Shown: positions 28,557-41,709, numbered from the stretch's first letter. The stretch: DNA of 64,000 nucleotides from Octopus sinensis (GCF_006345805.1 NC_043000.1:147250001-147314000); one strand, 5' to 3'. The notes: generated by a model not told the origin, from the sequence alone. A program made the numbers and translations.

Positions 28557-29099
28557 CATATATATATATATATAGACATTTCACTTGCTTCATTGATTTA
28601 GCTTCTTACTTTTTCTTCATCTGATTCCTTTCTTGTTTTCCTTCCTCTCAGTTTTCCCCCTTTCTCTGTCTCCCTCTCTCTCTCTTTCTCTCTCTCTCTC
28701 TCTGTCTCCCTCTCTCTCTCTTTCTATATATATATGTGTGTGTGTATGTGTGTGTGAGTGTGTGTATATCCTCTCATTTTATTTTTCGCTTTTGCTTCCT
28801 TTATCTTTAATACCAGTTATTTTTTTTATTTTTCTCTTTCCCTTCTTTCTCTGTATATTTCTTTTCTCTTTTATACTCCACCTCTCTCTCTCCCTCCCCC
28901 TCTCTCTCTCTGAATTTTTCTTCTTTTCTTCTCATTCTTCACTCTATCTCCTCTCTTCTTCGCCATAGAGCTTTATCTTGAAGACAGAGCTAACACTTTT
29001 GTCTCAACATTTACAGAATTACGGCCCTCAAAATACTTCATCTGTATTCGTGTTTGTGTTTATGTCTTTACTTTTATTGTTGCAATCTTTCTCGGCAGC

Positions 29100-29260
29100 T
29101 TCACCATTTTTTGACTCACACCACTGTAAATGTTCCAGGTCAATGGGGTACATATCAATTGAGATAGAAGCGAACCAGTCTGGAATATTTGAATACAGTT
29201 TGTAGGGCAGGTCAATCAGTCCTGCCGCAGCACATTCGTTGAGGTTGCGAGGAATCATCT
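29100..29260 (-). mobile_element. Very decayed Tx1 RT-proximal fragment
   Basis: AGLIDLPYKLYSNIPDWF resembles the SPGxDGLPxExY motif. Confidence 0.35.
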
Positions 29261-29415
29261 AGTTCACTGCGTTGTCGACTTCTCTCAAACAGCCTCGGCA
29301 AAGTTCAGACAAATTACCTCAACATCTACTCAAACTTGTCCTAGTTCTTCAATGAATTATATTGGTTGTTTGTTTCCATTTACGCCGTTTAGGAATGGTA
29401 TTTACTTGTCGTACA

Positions 29416-29831
29416 AGGCGGCGAGCTGGCAGAAACGTTAGCACGCCGAGCGAAATGCTTAGCGGCATTTCGTCTGCCGCTACGTTCTGAGTTCAAATTC
29501 CGCCGAGGTCGACTTTGCCCTTCATCCTTTCGGGGTCTATTAAATAAGTACCAGTTACGCACTGAGGTCGATATAATCGACTTAATCCATTTGTCTGTCC
29601 TTGTTTGTCCCCTCTGTGTTTAGCCCCTTGTGGGTAGCAGAGAAATAGGTATTTGGTCTGCCGCTACGTTCTGAGTTCAAATTCCGCCGAGGTCGACTTT
29701 GCCCTTCATCCTTTCGGGGTCGATAAATTAAGTAACAGTTACGCAATGGGGTCGATATAATCGACTTAATACCTATGTCTGTCCTTGTTTGTCCTCTCTG
29801 TGTTTAGCCCCTTGTGGGTAGTAAAGAAATA
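29416..29831 (+). mobile_element. SINE family B head-to-tail partial dimer
   Basis: One head and two bodies; TSD ggtatttactt(gt/cc)cgtaca at 29397-29415 and 29832-29850. Confidence 0.9.
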
Positions 29832-30789
29832 GGTATTTACTTCCCGTACAACTCCCATGCAGCGAAGAATTCATGATATAACTAACTGCATCTTTATCTT
29901 TTGTCTTTTACTTGCTCCAGTCACTGGACTGCTTTTATTAAGGGGTATTGCTTTGAAGAGTTTTAATCGAACAAATTGACTCCAGTACACTTTTTTTTTC
30001 TGTCTGGAACTTATTCTATCGTTCTCTTTTGCCGAATCGTTAATTTACGGAGACAATAGTTGCAGGAGGGAGTGGTTTGTCCAATGCCAATCTTAATCGA
30101 ACTGATTTATGTGTATGGGCATTTCCATTTGCAATCATACCGTGATTTTATATATTAAGAACCCCATAGTTCAACATATATTTCGTTTTTATAAGACAAC
30201 AGAGTGTAATTTGAGGGAGAACTAGTTGCTTTTTCTAGCAGTTGACAGCGTTGACACATCTTCATTCGCTCATTCTATCCCTATGGACAACACTTTACTC
30301 TTACGGAAGCCAGGTCCCTGCCAAACTATCCAATATAAATACATTATTTTAAGTTTATTAGATAAGCAACATAGATTTACGAACAATTTACACGTTGTCT
30401 ATCCGTTAAACTTGATAAAACCGAAAGTACGATCTACATGATCTTAGTTTTCCGCATCGAGTGTGAAATAGTTTGTCAGGTTGACATCTCACAGACAGAG
30501 GAACGACCTGGGAAGATTTAACGATATTTACACAAACCCATCCTACCTGTATTTGAAATACTATCCATTCAATAATACTAGAGTGCACATTTTTAATATG
30601 AACGTCTGCCATTGTTGTTGCGGTCGCTGTTATTGCTTATAATTATAAGGCCAAAAGTTTTCACGGCCAATCACAGACGAAATTTCTGTTCCTTCTAATT
30701 TTGGCCACCAGCCTCCAAAATCCTCGCCTCTCTGCTCTTGATCAGAGAAAACCGCCTAAAATGGTCTGATTTGTTTTTTGCTTGTTTTT

Positions 30790-31175
30790 AGGCTGAAGAC
30801 GCTCGACCTTTATTCTCTACGACGCCGTGGAGATCTCATTCTTGCTCACAACATCATAAGTGGAAAGTGTTACCTCTCGAAAGAGCTGTTCTTCACTCCT
30901 GCTCCAGAGCGTCGGCTGCGGGGTCATTCCGAAAAGCTCTATCTGCGACGATTTCATCTCAATCGAAAGAGAGGGGCTTTCTCCGTCCGGGTTGCGGGTC
31001 CGTGGAATAAGCTGCCAGACGAGATGGTGAAGATGCCGACGACCGCTCGGTTCAAAGTCTCCCTTGACCTCAAGTGGCCTGAACTCTTTACATGAACACC
31101 ACCCTGTACATAACTCCATGTCCCCATACATGGCCTTGTTTTTTGCTTTTTGAGCCAAAAAATTTACTAACTAAC
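30790..31175 (+). mobile_element. CR1-clade LINE 3' end
   Basis: RLKTLDLYSL..RLRGHSEKL..FSVRVAGPWNKLP..FKVSLD; 3' UTR hairpin ccatgt/acatgg; (TAAC)n tail. Confidence 0.9.
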
Positions 31176-31512
31176 ACTTCCAGACATATATTTTGGACCA
31201 TTTTTTCTCTTCGTTCAGCACTGACATCCATTATCTAGATGATAATTTTCTAAAAGTCACGAAAATTTAGCGTTCCACTGAGACGTTATGCTTTCTCCAA
31301 GAATCACCAATAGTATTTTTTCTCTTGTACTGTGATAAACGGGTTTTTTGTTCCTTATTCGGTGTGGAACATTTACACTGTACCTTGTACAGATGGCATC
31401 AAGTCCTTATTATTGTTGATGGTCTTGTTATTGCTACTGTAATCGCTGTTGTTGTTGTTGTTGTTGTTGCTGATGTTGTTGTTGTTGCTGTGGCTGCTGC
31501 TGTTGTTGGTTC

Positions 31513-31806
31513 CTTCTCAAGCCATGCCTGGCTCATTAGGGCCGGTTTCCTGGTTTCTTTGGCGTATAGGTTCCCCACCTGGACGGGACGCCGGTCCATC
31601 GCAGGTGAGCTGCAAGATGCAGGAGGAAAGAGTGAGAGAAAGTTGTGGCGAAAGAATCAACAGAAGTTCGCCATTACCTTCTGCCAGAGGCACGTGGAGC
31701 TTAGATGTTTCGCTCATAAACACACACATTGCCTGGTCTGAGATTCGATCCTGCGATCCCTCGACCGTGAGTCAGCTGCTCTAACCACTAGGCCATGAGC
31801 CTCTAC
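31513..31806 (-). mobile_element. Chimeric tRNA SINE (family D head, family C tail)
   Basis: Head and upper body align with 57425-57815; tail tgcgatggaccggcgtcccgtccagg..gaaacc aligns with family C. Confidence 0.8.
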
Positions 31807-33463
31807 ATATTACCAGGGTCAAACTAAATGGCCATCAGTGGGAACTGTTTCGTGTTGCTCTCTCGGTGCACTAAAGAGGCTTCTTTTTGTCTCTTCTGTA
31901 TGTGTTGGAACCATTGCTATGGAGACAGGAAACCTCCCAAGCGGCATCCAACCACATGTCTTGTGGTAAAATAGAAAGTCGTACACTTGCTGGTACCAAC
32001 CAGCTAGCAAGCTTTCTGCCCATAACATAGGACAACAGAAAGAAGGTCTGCACTTCTTCAAACACACAACCACCATCACAAAATCAACAGCAACTACAAA
32101 AGATGCAGTTATAAAAACGACAACAACTGCAAGCAACTACAACAGTAGCAACAGCTCCAACAGAAACAATAACAGCAGCAGCAGCAGCAGAGACCAATAC
32201 CACAAGGTAAAAGGACAATTCCGCTACCACACCAATACAATGCTTCATTCATACACATTCATACACATTCATACACATTCATACACGCGCGCACACACAC
32301 GCACACACATTCACCAAAGCACAAACACACACATGCTCACGCATTCACATCCAACCATCCTTTCTACCTCGGGCCTCTCCCAGGGCTTGTTTGAAAACCT
32401 CGTTCCAAAACTACAAGAAAACACGAATAGGAAAGTCCCTCAAACTCTTACATTATTCCCGGCTCCCAAGTAGCCAGATACATATTCTTGCATGACAGTC
32501 AAACCAAAATACTCCATGCCACAAGACTATTCTGTAAAAGAAATAACTAGGACATTTTAGTGAGGCCTTTCAAGGAACCACTTCATCTACTGAGAAGACA
32601 GGGTTACCTGACGTTCTCCAAGTTGGAGGTAAGAAACTTTTACCTTTTTCTTCTCTCCGACCAGTATGGCCAAATAAGATATAGATGAATAAAACATAGG
32701 TGGCTTAGGATCTCCTTGGAAGCAAATTCACTTACTTATTGACTTTGGGTCACTAACCTTAGATATGGTAGATGCAGTGAAAAGCTGGAGATAAAAGGGG
32801 AAATACCTCCAGTGCCGTGTTGAAAGATGAGTATATCTCAAGAGAGTGTACTTACTCTTGCAAGTATTTGCAGGCGAATAAATAGCAACTAGGAGAGGAC
32901 ACTTACTCTTGGCAGAGTGGTTATTCCTGGATCTGTGAAGTTCTTTTATTGATGGTCTTTTGTATCCATTCACTATATTTCTATGTAAGCCCTTACTTTT
33001 TTTTTTTTTTTTTTTGTAATCTAACTTTGTAATGTTTCGTCCGTCACCCTTTTGGCAATGATAAAAGAAAAAAAATTATATTATTATTATTAAATTCAAA
33101 TTACGATGAACGTAAACAAAAGCGTTGAGATGTCTTAGAAAGTTTAAGATGTGATTTTAAATTCTCAAACGCAGGATAATGCTAATAATATAGCCTGAAC
33201 AGGATAAGCTACTCCTATTTAGCAGAAAAAAGTGTTGGCAGCCGCGCCTAGCCAATTATTTTATTTGCTGAAGATAGCTTGAAACGATGGTGCAGGAAAT
33301 AGATGGTAAACGTTTTTATTTTTCATTCCCTTTCGAAATTACCCCTAATAGTGGTTTGGAGTTTAACTGTTCCTTCTAGCGGGTTAGATGTCTTATTATG
33401 GTCGTCTCTTATGTGTTTAAATGTACACTGTATTTATATATATATATATATATATATACATAC

Positions 33464-33591
<128 letters not shown>

Positions 33592-34209
33592 ATGAGTTGT
33601 GTTTAAATGAATTGGTGCTTACTGTGTAGGGTGGGTGTGTGAGGTTGTTTTGCTTAAACTATTCTATTGAATTGATAGTGTCTTGCGTGGGTTGCTTATA
33701 ACAAAGATATTTTGGTGACAATGTGTAGTGTTGTGAGCCTTAGCATGGCTTCTGTGTTTCTTTTGGACTTTTGGCAGGAGTGTTAGCTTGTCGGATAAAA
33801 TGCCCAACGTCATTTATTCAGGCTCTCTACATTCTGAGTTCAAATCCCTCCGAGGCCAACTTTGCGTTTCATCTTGGAGAGCTCGATAAAATAAGTACTA
33901 ATCAAGTACTAGGATCGATATAATCGACTAGCCCCTTCCCTTCAAAACTGTTGGTCTTATGTTTAAATTAGAAACCTTTATCATAAGGTTAGGTGGAATG
34001 GCAGAATCATTAGTGCTTCGGAAAAAATACTTTGGGGTACTACTTCGTGTTCTTTATGAGTATGAATCCCACGAAGGTCAAACCTGCCTTTCATCTTTTC
34101 GGGATTTGTAAAATAAAGTACCAATCAAGTACTGGGTTTGATGGAATCAGCTGAAACACTCGCCTCAACATTGCTGGTCTTGTGCTAAAGTTAGAATGCA
34201 AAAGTTAGA

Positions 34210-34281
<72 letters not shown>

Positions 34282-34615
34282 CAGCAGCAGCAGCAGCATA
34301 GTAGGACAATAGATGAGGCAGTGAGTTGGAAGAATCGTTAGCACGCCGGACAAAATGCTTAGCGACATTTCGTCCGTCTTTACGTTCTGAGTTCAAATTC
34401 CGCCAATGTCAGCTTTTCCTTTCATCCTTTCGGAGTCGATAAAATAAGTACTAGTTGAGGACTTGAGTTGATGTAATCCAGTAACACCCTTCCCACTAAA
34501 TTGCAGGCCCTGTGCTTATTGTAGAAAGGATTATTAGAACAACCTATAGCAGAAGAATCGATAAATTGCAAAGCAAATTACCTTGCAGTATTTAGTTAAG
34601 TTCTTAATTAATACG

Positions 34616-34860
34616 GAGGCGACGCGTGGCTTAGTGGTTAGGATGTCAGCATCATGATCGTAAGATTGTGATTTCGATTCCTGGACCGCGCGACGCGATA
34701 TGTTCTTGAGCAAAACACTTCATTTCACGTTGCTCCAGTCCATTCAGCTGGCAAAAAGGAATAACGCTGCGATGGACTGGAGAACACATACGCCATGGAA
34801 ACCGGGAAACCGGGCCCATGAGCCTGGCTAGGCTTTAAAAGGGCGCATTTATTTTATTAT
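34616..34860 (+). mobile_element. SINE family C
   Basis: 12-bp TSD ttaattaatacg at 34604-34615 and 34861-34872. Confidence 0.9.
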
Positions 34861-36405
34861 TTAATTAATACGTACGATATTTTAATACGTTTTAAGTTCA
34901 ACTACCACCGAAAACGGTTTTGGTTTCCGTCTGTCAGGGGTCGGTAAAATATACATCAATCAATAAAATAAACACTAGTTCAATAATGATGTAAATCAAA
35001 CCGATTACACTTCCTCCCGCAAAATATTTGGTCATGCGCCTTTGTTGGGAATCCTAACCTTAACTCTAACCAGACAAATAGTTAATGAGTTATTGACCTG
35101 TATTGTCGGCTGCGCAAGACAGTGCCCCAAAGCTAAACGACTCAACTCGCATGATCTCAAACACTAAGCAATTTTAAGTGTCAAGGAAAACCACTATATA
35201 CACACTCGATCTCCTAGAAATAGCAGCCAAATCTCCCTCAAATCACATTCAATCACCTTAAAAAGAGGAAGATCACATTGGGTAAAGAAGTTCTAGATGG
35301 TCCTAGATGAACTATAGCTGAATAAAAGATGAGATAGTTACGGCTGGGACATTTTTATTCGTAGCTCTGCAACATCAGAACTGATCTGAGGGTTAAATAA
35401 TAATAAAACCACAATTGCATGTCAATGAAAGGGAAGCTCTTTGTAGTCACTCAACCTGCTAGATATAGCAGCCAAACCTCCCTTAGTTTATCTTGAAAGG
35501 ACTCATCAGATGATGCAATCTTAGGAACACATTTCTTAAAAGCAGGTGGGATGGCTATAAGTGGAATACCTTTACTGGAACCTGAGACTTACTAGAAACA
35601 GCAGCGACTAGACGTTTACATAGTGAATCGAGTTTGTGTTAACACAGTTAATGCTATCAATACCCAAAACCAAATTAGAAATAATTATACAGAGAGGAAA
35701 AGAGAATATTAGTCAATACTTAATGGTATTTTAATTACCTTAAATGTCCAAGTACAATACGCTACCATATGTAAAACGCATCTCTTTTTATGTCTGAGCT
35801 GTCTAAAAAAAAAGTCACAATACATCATGGCGATGCACAGCTGCTACCAGACTAGATAATCTACCATAATCTGTTATATTAGTTTTTGATATTTCATTTT
35901 AAAGAAAATAAATTGATATGATAAAGAAATAGCCTAAAAAAATAATACAGCTTTATATCGTTATTTTGTTTTCTTAATAAAAGCAGAGCGTGGTGGAGAG
36001 GAAACAGCGTAGGATATGAAGTATTTTATAAAGAATTAATTTTAATTTTGATTTTAGCGCAAGAAAAAAAAAGACGTGTGTATTATTATTCATGAAGTTT
36101 TGCTGTAGTCCTGAAAAAGTACAGAAGAGAAATCCGTACATGTTTTATGCAGGTAGGTAAAAACAGGATGAAATGACATCACCACTGAAAGCAAGAGAGA
36201 TAACAAGTTAAAAGTTGATGGATGTTTACGCTGGTTGTGGCAACAGGGATTTCGGTTTTTACTGATGACTTGGCCATGTTGGAAAAAAAAAAAAAAAGAA
36301 CCAACAGCAATGCGTCACTACTTTCACTTCTGTCACTCAACTCTCAAGAGTGGCCTCAATAATGAATAACCAGCGAATTAATCAATAATATTTATTGACA
36401 ATGGA

Positions 36406-36439
<34 letters not shown>

Positions 36440-37287
36440 CCTCTCTCTTGCTCATATAGTTTGACTTGCAAACATTTGTTTGAAATTTTTTTATCTTCTT
36501 TCACTGGTTTCTTTTCTGACGTTTTTCTTCTTTTTTTCTTTTTAACCAATTTCGTTCGACCGTTTTTCTCTTGTTTTACATTTTTGTTTAATTATTCAGT
36601 CATTCGTTCAATTATTTTATAGTTTGTTTAGGTTTTTTTTTATAATTTTATCTTTATTCATTTATTTGTTTATTGAGTTGTTTACATCTGTTATGTTTTT
36701 TTTATGAGTTTTAGGTTGGTATTAGTTGCTCTTTTTTTTAGTTTGTTTTCGTTTGTTTTATTTCGTTTTTATTTCGTTTTTGTTTTGTTTGTGATTTTTT
36801 GTTTCTTTTCTTATCTTAGAATTAAATCCGTTAAATTGGTAAGTCAATCAAGTGGCGAAATACCTTACAAAAGACAGCATTCCCTAAAAGAATCCTGTTC
36901 ACAGGATGAAAATTCCGTTTTAAAAATACAGAACCCTGACATTCAATTAATAATGATTCGAAGCACTGAGCACTGATAACGCGTTAATTTCCCAGAGCCA
37001 GAAAGAAAACGAAGGGAAACAAGAAAGGAACTTAGAGACAAAGTTGATATCTCGATGAAATGCAGTCATCTGTTTCGGAACGGTTAGGATTCTAGCTTTA
37101 CATGCTTCACATTGATGTCAGTTTTTCCTTTATTGTTTTTTTTTTATATGTATACATATATATTTTATTTTTGTCAGCTGCATAATAAATCTTGCGCAAA
37201 AGAATGAAATTAAAGCATAACATCCCTTCTAACACACATATACATACATATACGCGTGTGTATAGACAGAAAGAAAGAGAGACAGAC

Positions 37288-37320
<33 letters not shown>

Positions 37321-37323
37321 CAC

Positions 37324-37429
<106 letters not shown>

Positions 37430-37809
37430 GTACATCATTTATATGTACTTTTACATGCATAACTAGGTGCAGGCATGATTTTGTGGATTAGAAGTTTGCT
37501 TCTCAATCTCGAAGTTTCGGTTCTGTCCCACAGCACAGCGCCTTAGACAAATGTCTTCTACTATAACCCAGGGCCAACCAATACCATGTGAGTGAATTTT
37601 GTAGACGGAAACTGTAACTATGTATACATATTTCTTTATTGCCCACAAGGGACTAAACATAGAGGGGACAAACAAGGACAAAGGGATTAAGTCGATTACA
37701 GTGCGAAACTGGTACTTTATATATCGACCCCGAAAGGATGAACGTAACGACAGACGAAATACCGCTAAGCATTTCGCCGGCGCGCTAACGTGTCTGCCAG
37801 CCTTTAACT

Positions 37810-38138
37810 AGAGCTTATTCTTTGTAAGCCTAGTACTTATTCTATCGGTCTCTTAAGCCGAACCGCTAAGTTACGGGGACGTAAACACACCAGCATCGGT
37901 TATCAAGCGATGTTGGGGGCAAAAACACAGACACACAAACATATACACACACATACATTTATATATACACATACATATGACGGGCTTCTTTCAGTTTCCT
38001 TCTACCAAATCCACTCACAAGGCTTAGGTCGGCCCTAGGCTATATAGTAGAAAACACTTGCCCAAGATGCAACGCTGTGGGACTGAACCCGGAACCATGT
38101 GGTTGGTAAGCAAGTTACCACGCAGCCACTCCTGCGCC
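37810..38138 (-). mobile_element. SINE family A, 3' part replaced by a family B fragment (37629-37802)
   Basis: Sequence match to both families. Confidence 0.85.
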
Positions 38139-38412
38139 TATATATGTAGACAAATATATACAGACAAATAAATGCATAAGTGTGTATGTATGCATGCATT
38201 CATTTATGTATGAGTACCCTTTTTTGCTGTTTCCTGATATCAGAACGAATGGACAAACATTATTCATAGCTTAATTTTTGGAGTATACCACATGGTGAAG
38301 CAAGTTCGTTTGTATAAAAGTACATGTATACCTGTACACTATGTGTGTGTGTGTGGTGTGTGTGTGGTGTGTGCATGCGTATTTGTTAATTTGTATGTGT
38401 TTATGATACACT

Positions 38413-38610
38413 TATTTCTTTATTACCCACAAGGGGCCAAACACAGAGGGGACACACAAGGACAGACATAGGTATTAAGTCGATTGCATCGACCCCAGTG
38501 CGTAACTGGTACTTAATTTATCGAACCCGAAAGGATGAAAGGCAAAGTCGACCTCGGCGGAATTTGAACTCACAACGTAACGGCAGACGAAATACCGCTA
38601 AGAATTTCGC
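38413..38610 (-). mobile_element. SINE family B lacking its 5' head
   Basis: Body and tail match; stops at ..gctaagaatttcgc, where the minisatellite begins. Confidence 0.88.
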
Positions 38611-39360
38611 GGTGAGCTGGCATAAGGCGGCGAGCTGGCATAAGGCGGCGAGTTGGCATAAGGCGGCGAGTTGGCATAAGGCGGTGAGCTGGCATAAGGC
38701 GGCGAGCTGGCATAAGGCGGCGAGCTGGCATAAGGCGGCGAGCTGGCATAAGGCGGCGAGCTGGCATAAGGCGGCGAGCTGGCATAAGGCGGCGAGCTGG
38801 CATAAGGCGGCGAGTTGGCATAAGGCGGCGAGCTGGCATAAGGCGGCGAGCTGGCATAAGGCGGCGAGCTGGCATAAGGCGGCGAGCTGGCATAAGGCGG
38901 CGAGTTGGCATAAGGCGGCGAGCTGGCATAAGGCGGCGAGCTGGCATAAGGCGGCGAGTTGGCATAAGGCGGCGAGCTGGCATAAGGCGGCGAGCTGGCA
39001 TAAGGCGGCGAGCTGGCATAAGGCGGCGAGCTGGCATAAGGCGGCGAGCTGGCATAAGGCGGCGAGCTGGCATAAGGCGGCGAGTTGGCATAAGGCGGCG
39101 AGCTGGCATAGGCGGCGAGCTGGCATAAGGCGGCGAGCTGGCATAAGGCGGCGAGCTGGCATAAGGCGGCGAGCTGGCATAAGGCGGCGAGTTGGCATAA
39201 GGCGGCGAGCTGGCATAAGGCGGCGAGTTGGCATAAGGCGGCGAGCTGGCATAAGGCGGCGAGCTGGCATAAGGCGGCGAGCTGGCATAAGGCGGCGAGC
39301 TGGCATAAGGCGGCGAGCTGGCATAAGGCGGCGAGCTGGCATAAGGCGGTGAGCTGGCAG
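38609..39360 (+). repeat. 18-bp GC-rich minisatellite (GGCGGCGAGCTGGCATAA), about 41-42 units
   Basis: Directly visible; explains the three long repetitive ORFs. Confidence 0.97.
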
Positions 39361-40269
39361 AATCGTTATGATATACTTCAGCGTACACAATTATTGCATC
39401 AGATTTTTAGTAACTTTTGAAGAAAATTACACACTTCCGCATTTAATGCCACGGTAAGTGTAAAAATGACAAGCGATATTGATTAGGTATAAATTCAAAG
39501 GCACTACGTTCAAGCAAGAGGAGTCTACATAATTTATAATTTCCTGTTTTTGTTATAAGAAGGCTGTGTGTGAATGTGTATGTATGCGAATGTGTATGTG
39601 TGTGAATATGCATGTGTAAGTGTAATGCGGTGTGTGTGTGTGTGTGTAATTTGTTGGGGTTTTTTTCAGGATGTTTTGCCCTAGGTTAGACTTGATCACA
39701 CATCTACCTGTGGCAATTTTTTTTAATCAGCGCAACACCCATAAACACAATATCAAATGTGTCCTTCATCCTTTAAGACAGTGTGGTGTAATTTCAAGGA
39801 AATATTTGCTGCTGTTTCTAACTGTCTATGTATAGACACCATCATTGGCTCCAATTTTCCTTGGTTGTTGGAGTTGTCATTAGTTAGTAAAATATATCAC
39901 AGACTGTAAACGATTAAACAGAGCGAGAGGTGACTATAACCATGTATAAAACATTGTAAATAAGACTCTGTGCCAAAACTTATTTCGTGCCTGAGTGACC
40001 ATTTGTGTTACTTTCTATTGATTGAGCAAATCTATGATTAAAAAAATATCCTAGTCATGGCAACCTCATCTGTGTTTTTAGGAGACGCTTATGACTACAT
40101 TTTCTTATGTGCTCGTCTTTGTTTAAAACACCACCCCCAGCGACGCCAACACCAGTACCAATACCAACACCAGCACCAACCGCCGCAACCCCAGCTCCAG
40201 CGGCAGCACCAGCGACAACGGTACCAGCAACAACAACACCAACAACAACAGCACCTACAACAGCAAACA

Positions 40270-40656
40270 GATGCAACGAAATCACGCGCCAACGGAAGTA
40301 CGTGGGGTGCCCTGGGAACTCTCTTAAACAGCGTATTTCCAATCATCTGTCCTCATTAAGAGTCCCGGGAAAGGAGATACGTGACATCGCTGACCAGCCA
40401 TATCTGGCAACTAAGAGACGAAGAAATTCCATACTCGATCGCATGGAAAATACTCGAGAACTCAGGTCCCTATATCGACGGGGTGAAACGGTGCAAGTTA
40501 TGCATTACCGAACGCACGAGGATCCTTAAAGACTCGCTCGCGCCAAGCGGCATCCTGAACTCCAGGACGGAGATTTTCGGACAATGCTTGCATTTTGGAA
40601 AATTCCTGCTGGCATTTTGGAATTCGCAGGGCAGCACTAAAGCTAGAAACCAATAA
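40270..40656 (+). pseudogene. PLE-type GIY-YIG endonuclease domain with one frameshift
   Basis: KYVGCPGNSLKQRISNHLSS..(frameshift)..TSLTSHIWQL..WKIL..CKLCITER..LNSRTEIFGQCLHFGKFLL. Confidence 0.8.
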
Positions 40657-40856
40657 CCAATGCCGAAGGGATACAATCGTTTACCTTCGCGGTGGTTTGG
40701 TGGCCGCAAGATGGCGGCGCAGCCGAAGATCGATGGACAATGGCAAAGGGAAATAATCACCAAGGCTTTTACCCTTAAAATCGAGACTTTTCTTCCACAG
40801 TATGACCGAGAAACCCTGGATAACCCCATAAGCCAGCCTACCAAACTATGATATAT

Positions 40857-41264
40857 TCTTTTACTCTTTTATTTGTTTCAGTCATATGACTGTGGCCATG
40901 CTGGAGCACCGCCTTTATAGTCGAGCAAATCGACCCTAGAGCTTATGCTTTGTAAGCTTAGTACTTATTCTATCGGTCTCTTAGGCCGAACCGCTAAGTT
41001 ACGGGGACGTAAACACACCAGCATCGGTTATCAAGCGATGTTGGGGGCAAAAACACAGACACACAAACATATACACACACATACATTTATATATATACAT
41101 ACATATGACGGGCTTCTTTCAGTTTCCGTCTACCAAATCCACTCACAAGGCTTTGGTCGGCCCTAGGCTATAGTAGAAAACACTTGCCCAAGATGTAACG
41201 CTGTGGGACTGAACACGGAACCATGTGGTTGGTAAGCAAGTTACCACGCAGCCACTCCTGCGCC
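40857..41264 (-). mobile_element. SINE family A
   Basis: Full head and tail. Confidence 0.9.
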
Positions 41265-41272
41265 TATATATG

Positions 41273-41360
<88 letters not shown>

Positions 41361-41420
41361 ATAGATATGAATTTTTATTACAAGATTCCTAATGTCAAAT
41401 CGTGTGTTGAAACAGATATT

Positions 41421-41709
41421 GTTGTATTCGGGACGGTCTTTTTTTTGCCAAATAAACACACGCACTATATATTCGTTCTTCACTCGTTTATTACTGTTCT
41501 TATTCTAACTCGTGTCCATTGTCCAGAAATCTTTCGTCACACATCTGTGACCTCCCCACCAACACTTTCCGTCTTCGTGTGTGCTCTTGCTCTGCTTACT
41601 CCATTCTGTTCTCAGAATGGAATAAGTAGAACAGTAATAAGCAAGTGAAGAACGAATATATAGTGCGTGTGTTTATATGACCCAAAAAAAGACCATCCCG
41701 AAATACAAC
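41421..41709. mobile_element. Foldback/MITE-like element with about 85-bp imperfect inverted repeats
   Basis: acacacgcactatatattcgttcttcact is perfectly inverted at about 41645-41673; the repeat extends out to gttgtattcgggacggtc / gaccatcccgaaatacaac. Confidence 0.8.

Noticed and set aside
31800-33000. Tx1 C-terminal-like and APE-like peptides
   Set aside because: Similarity is too weak to support by eye.
38609-39360. CRISPR-like array
   Set aside because: Units are contiguous with no unique spacers, and the context is eukaryotic.
38498-39390. ORFs of 284, 290 and 272 aa
   Set aside because: They are translations of an 18-bp tandem unit derived from a SINE head; there is no sign of protein function.
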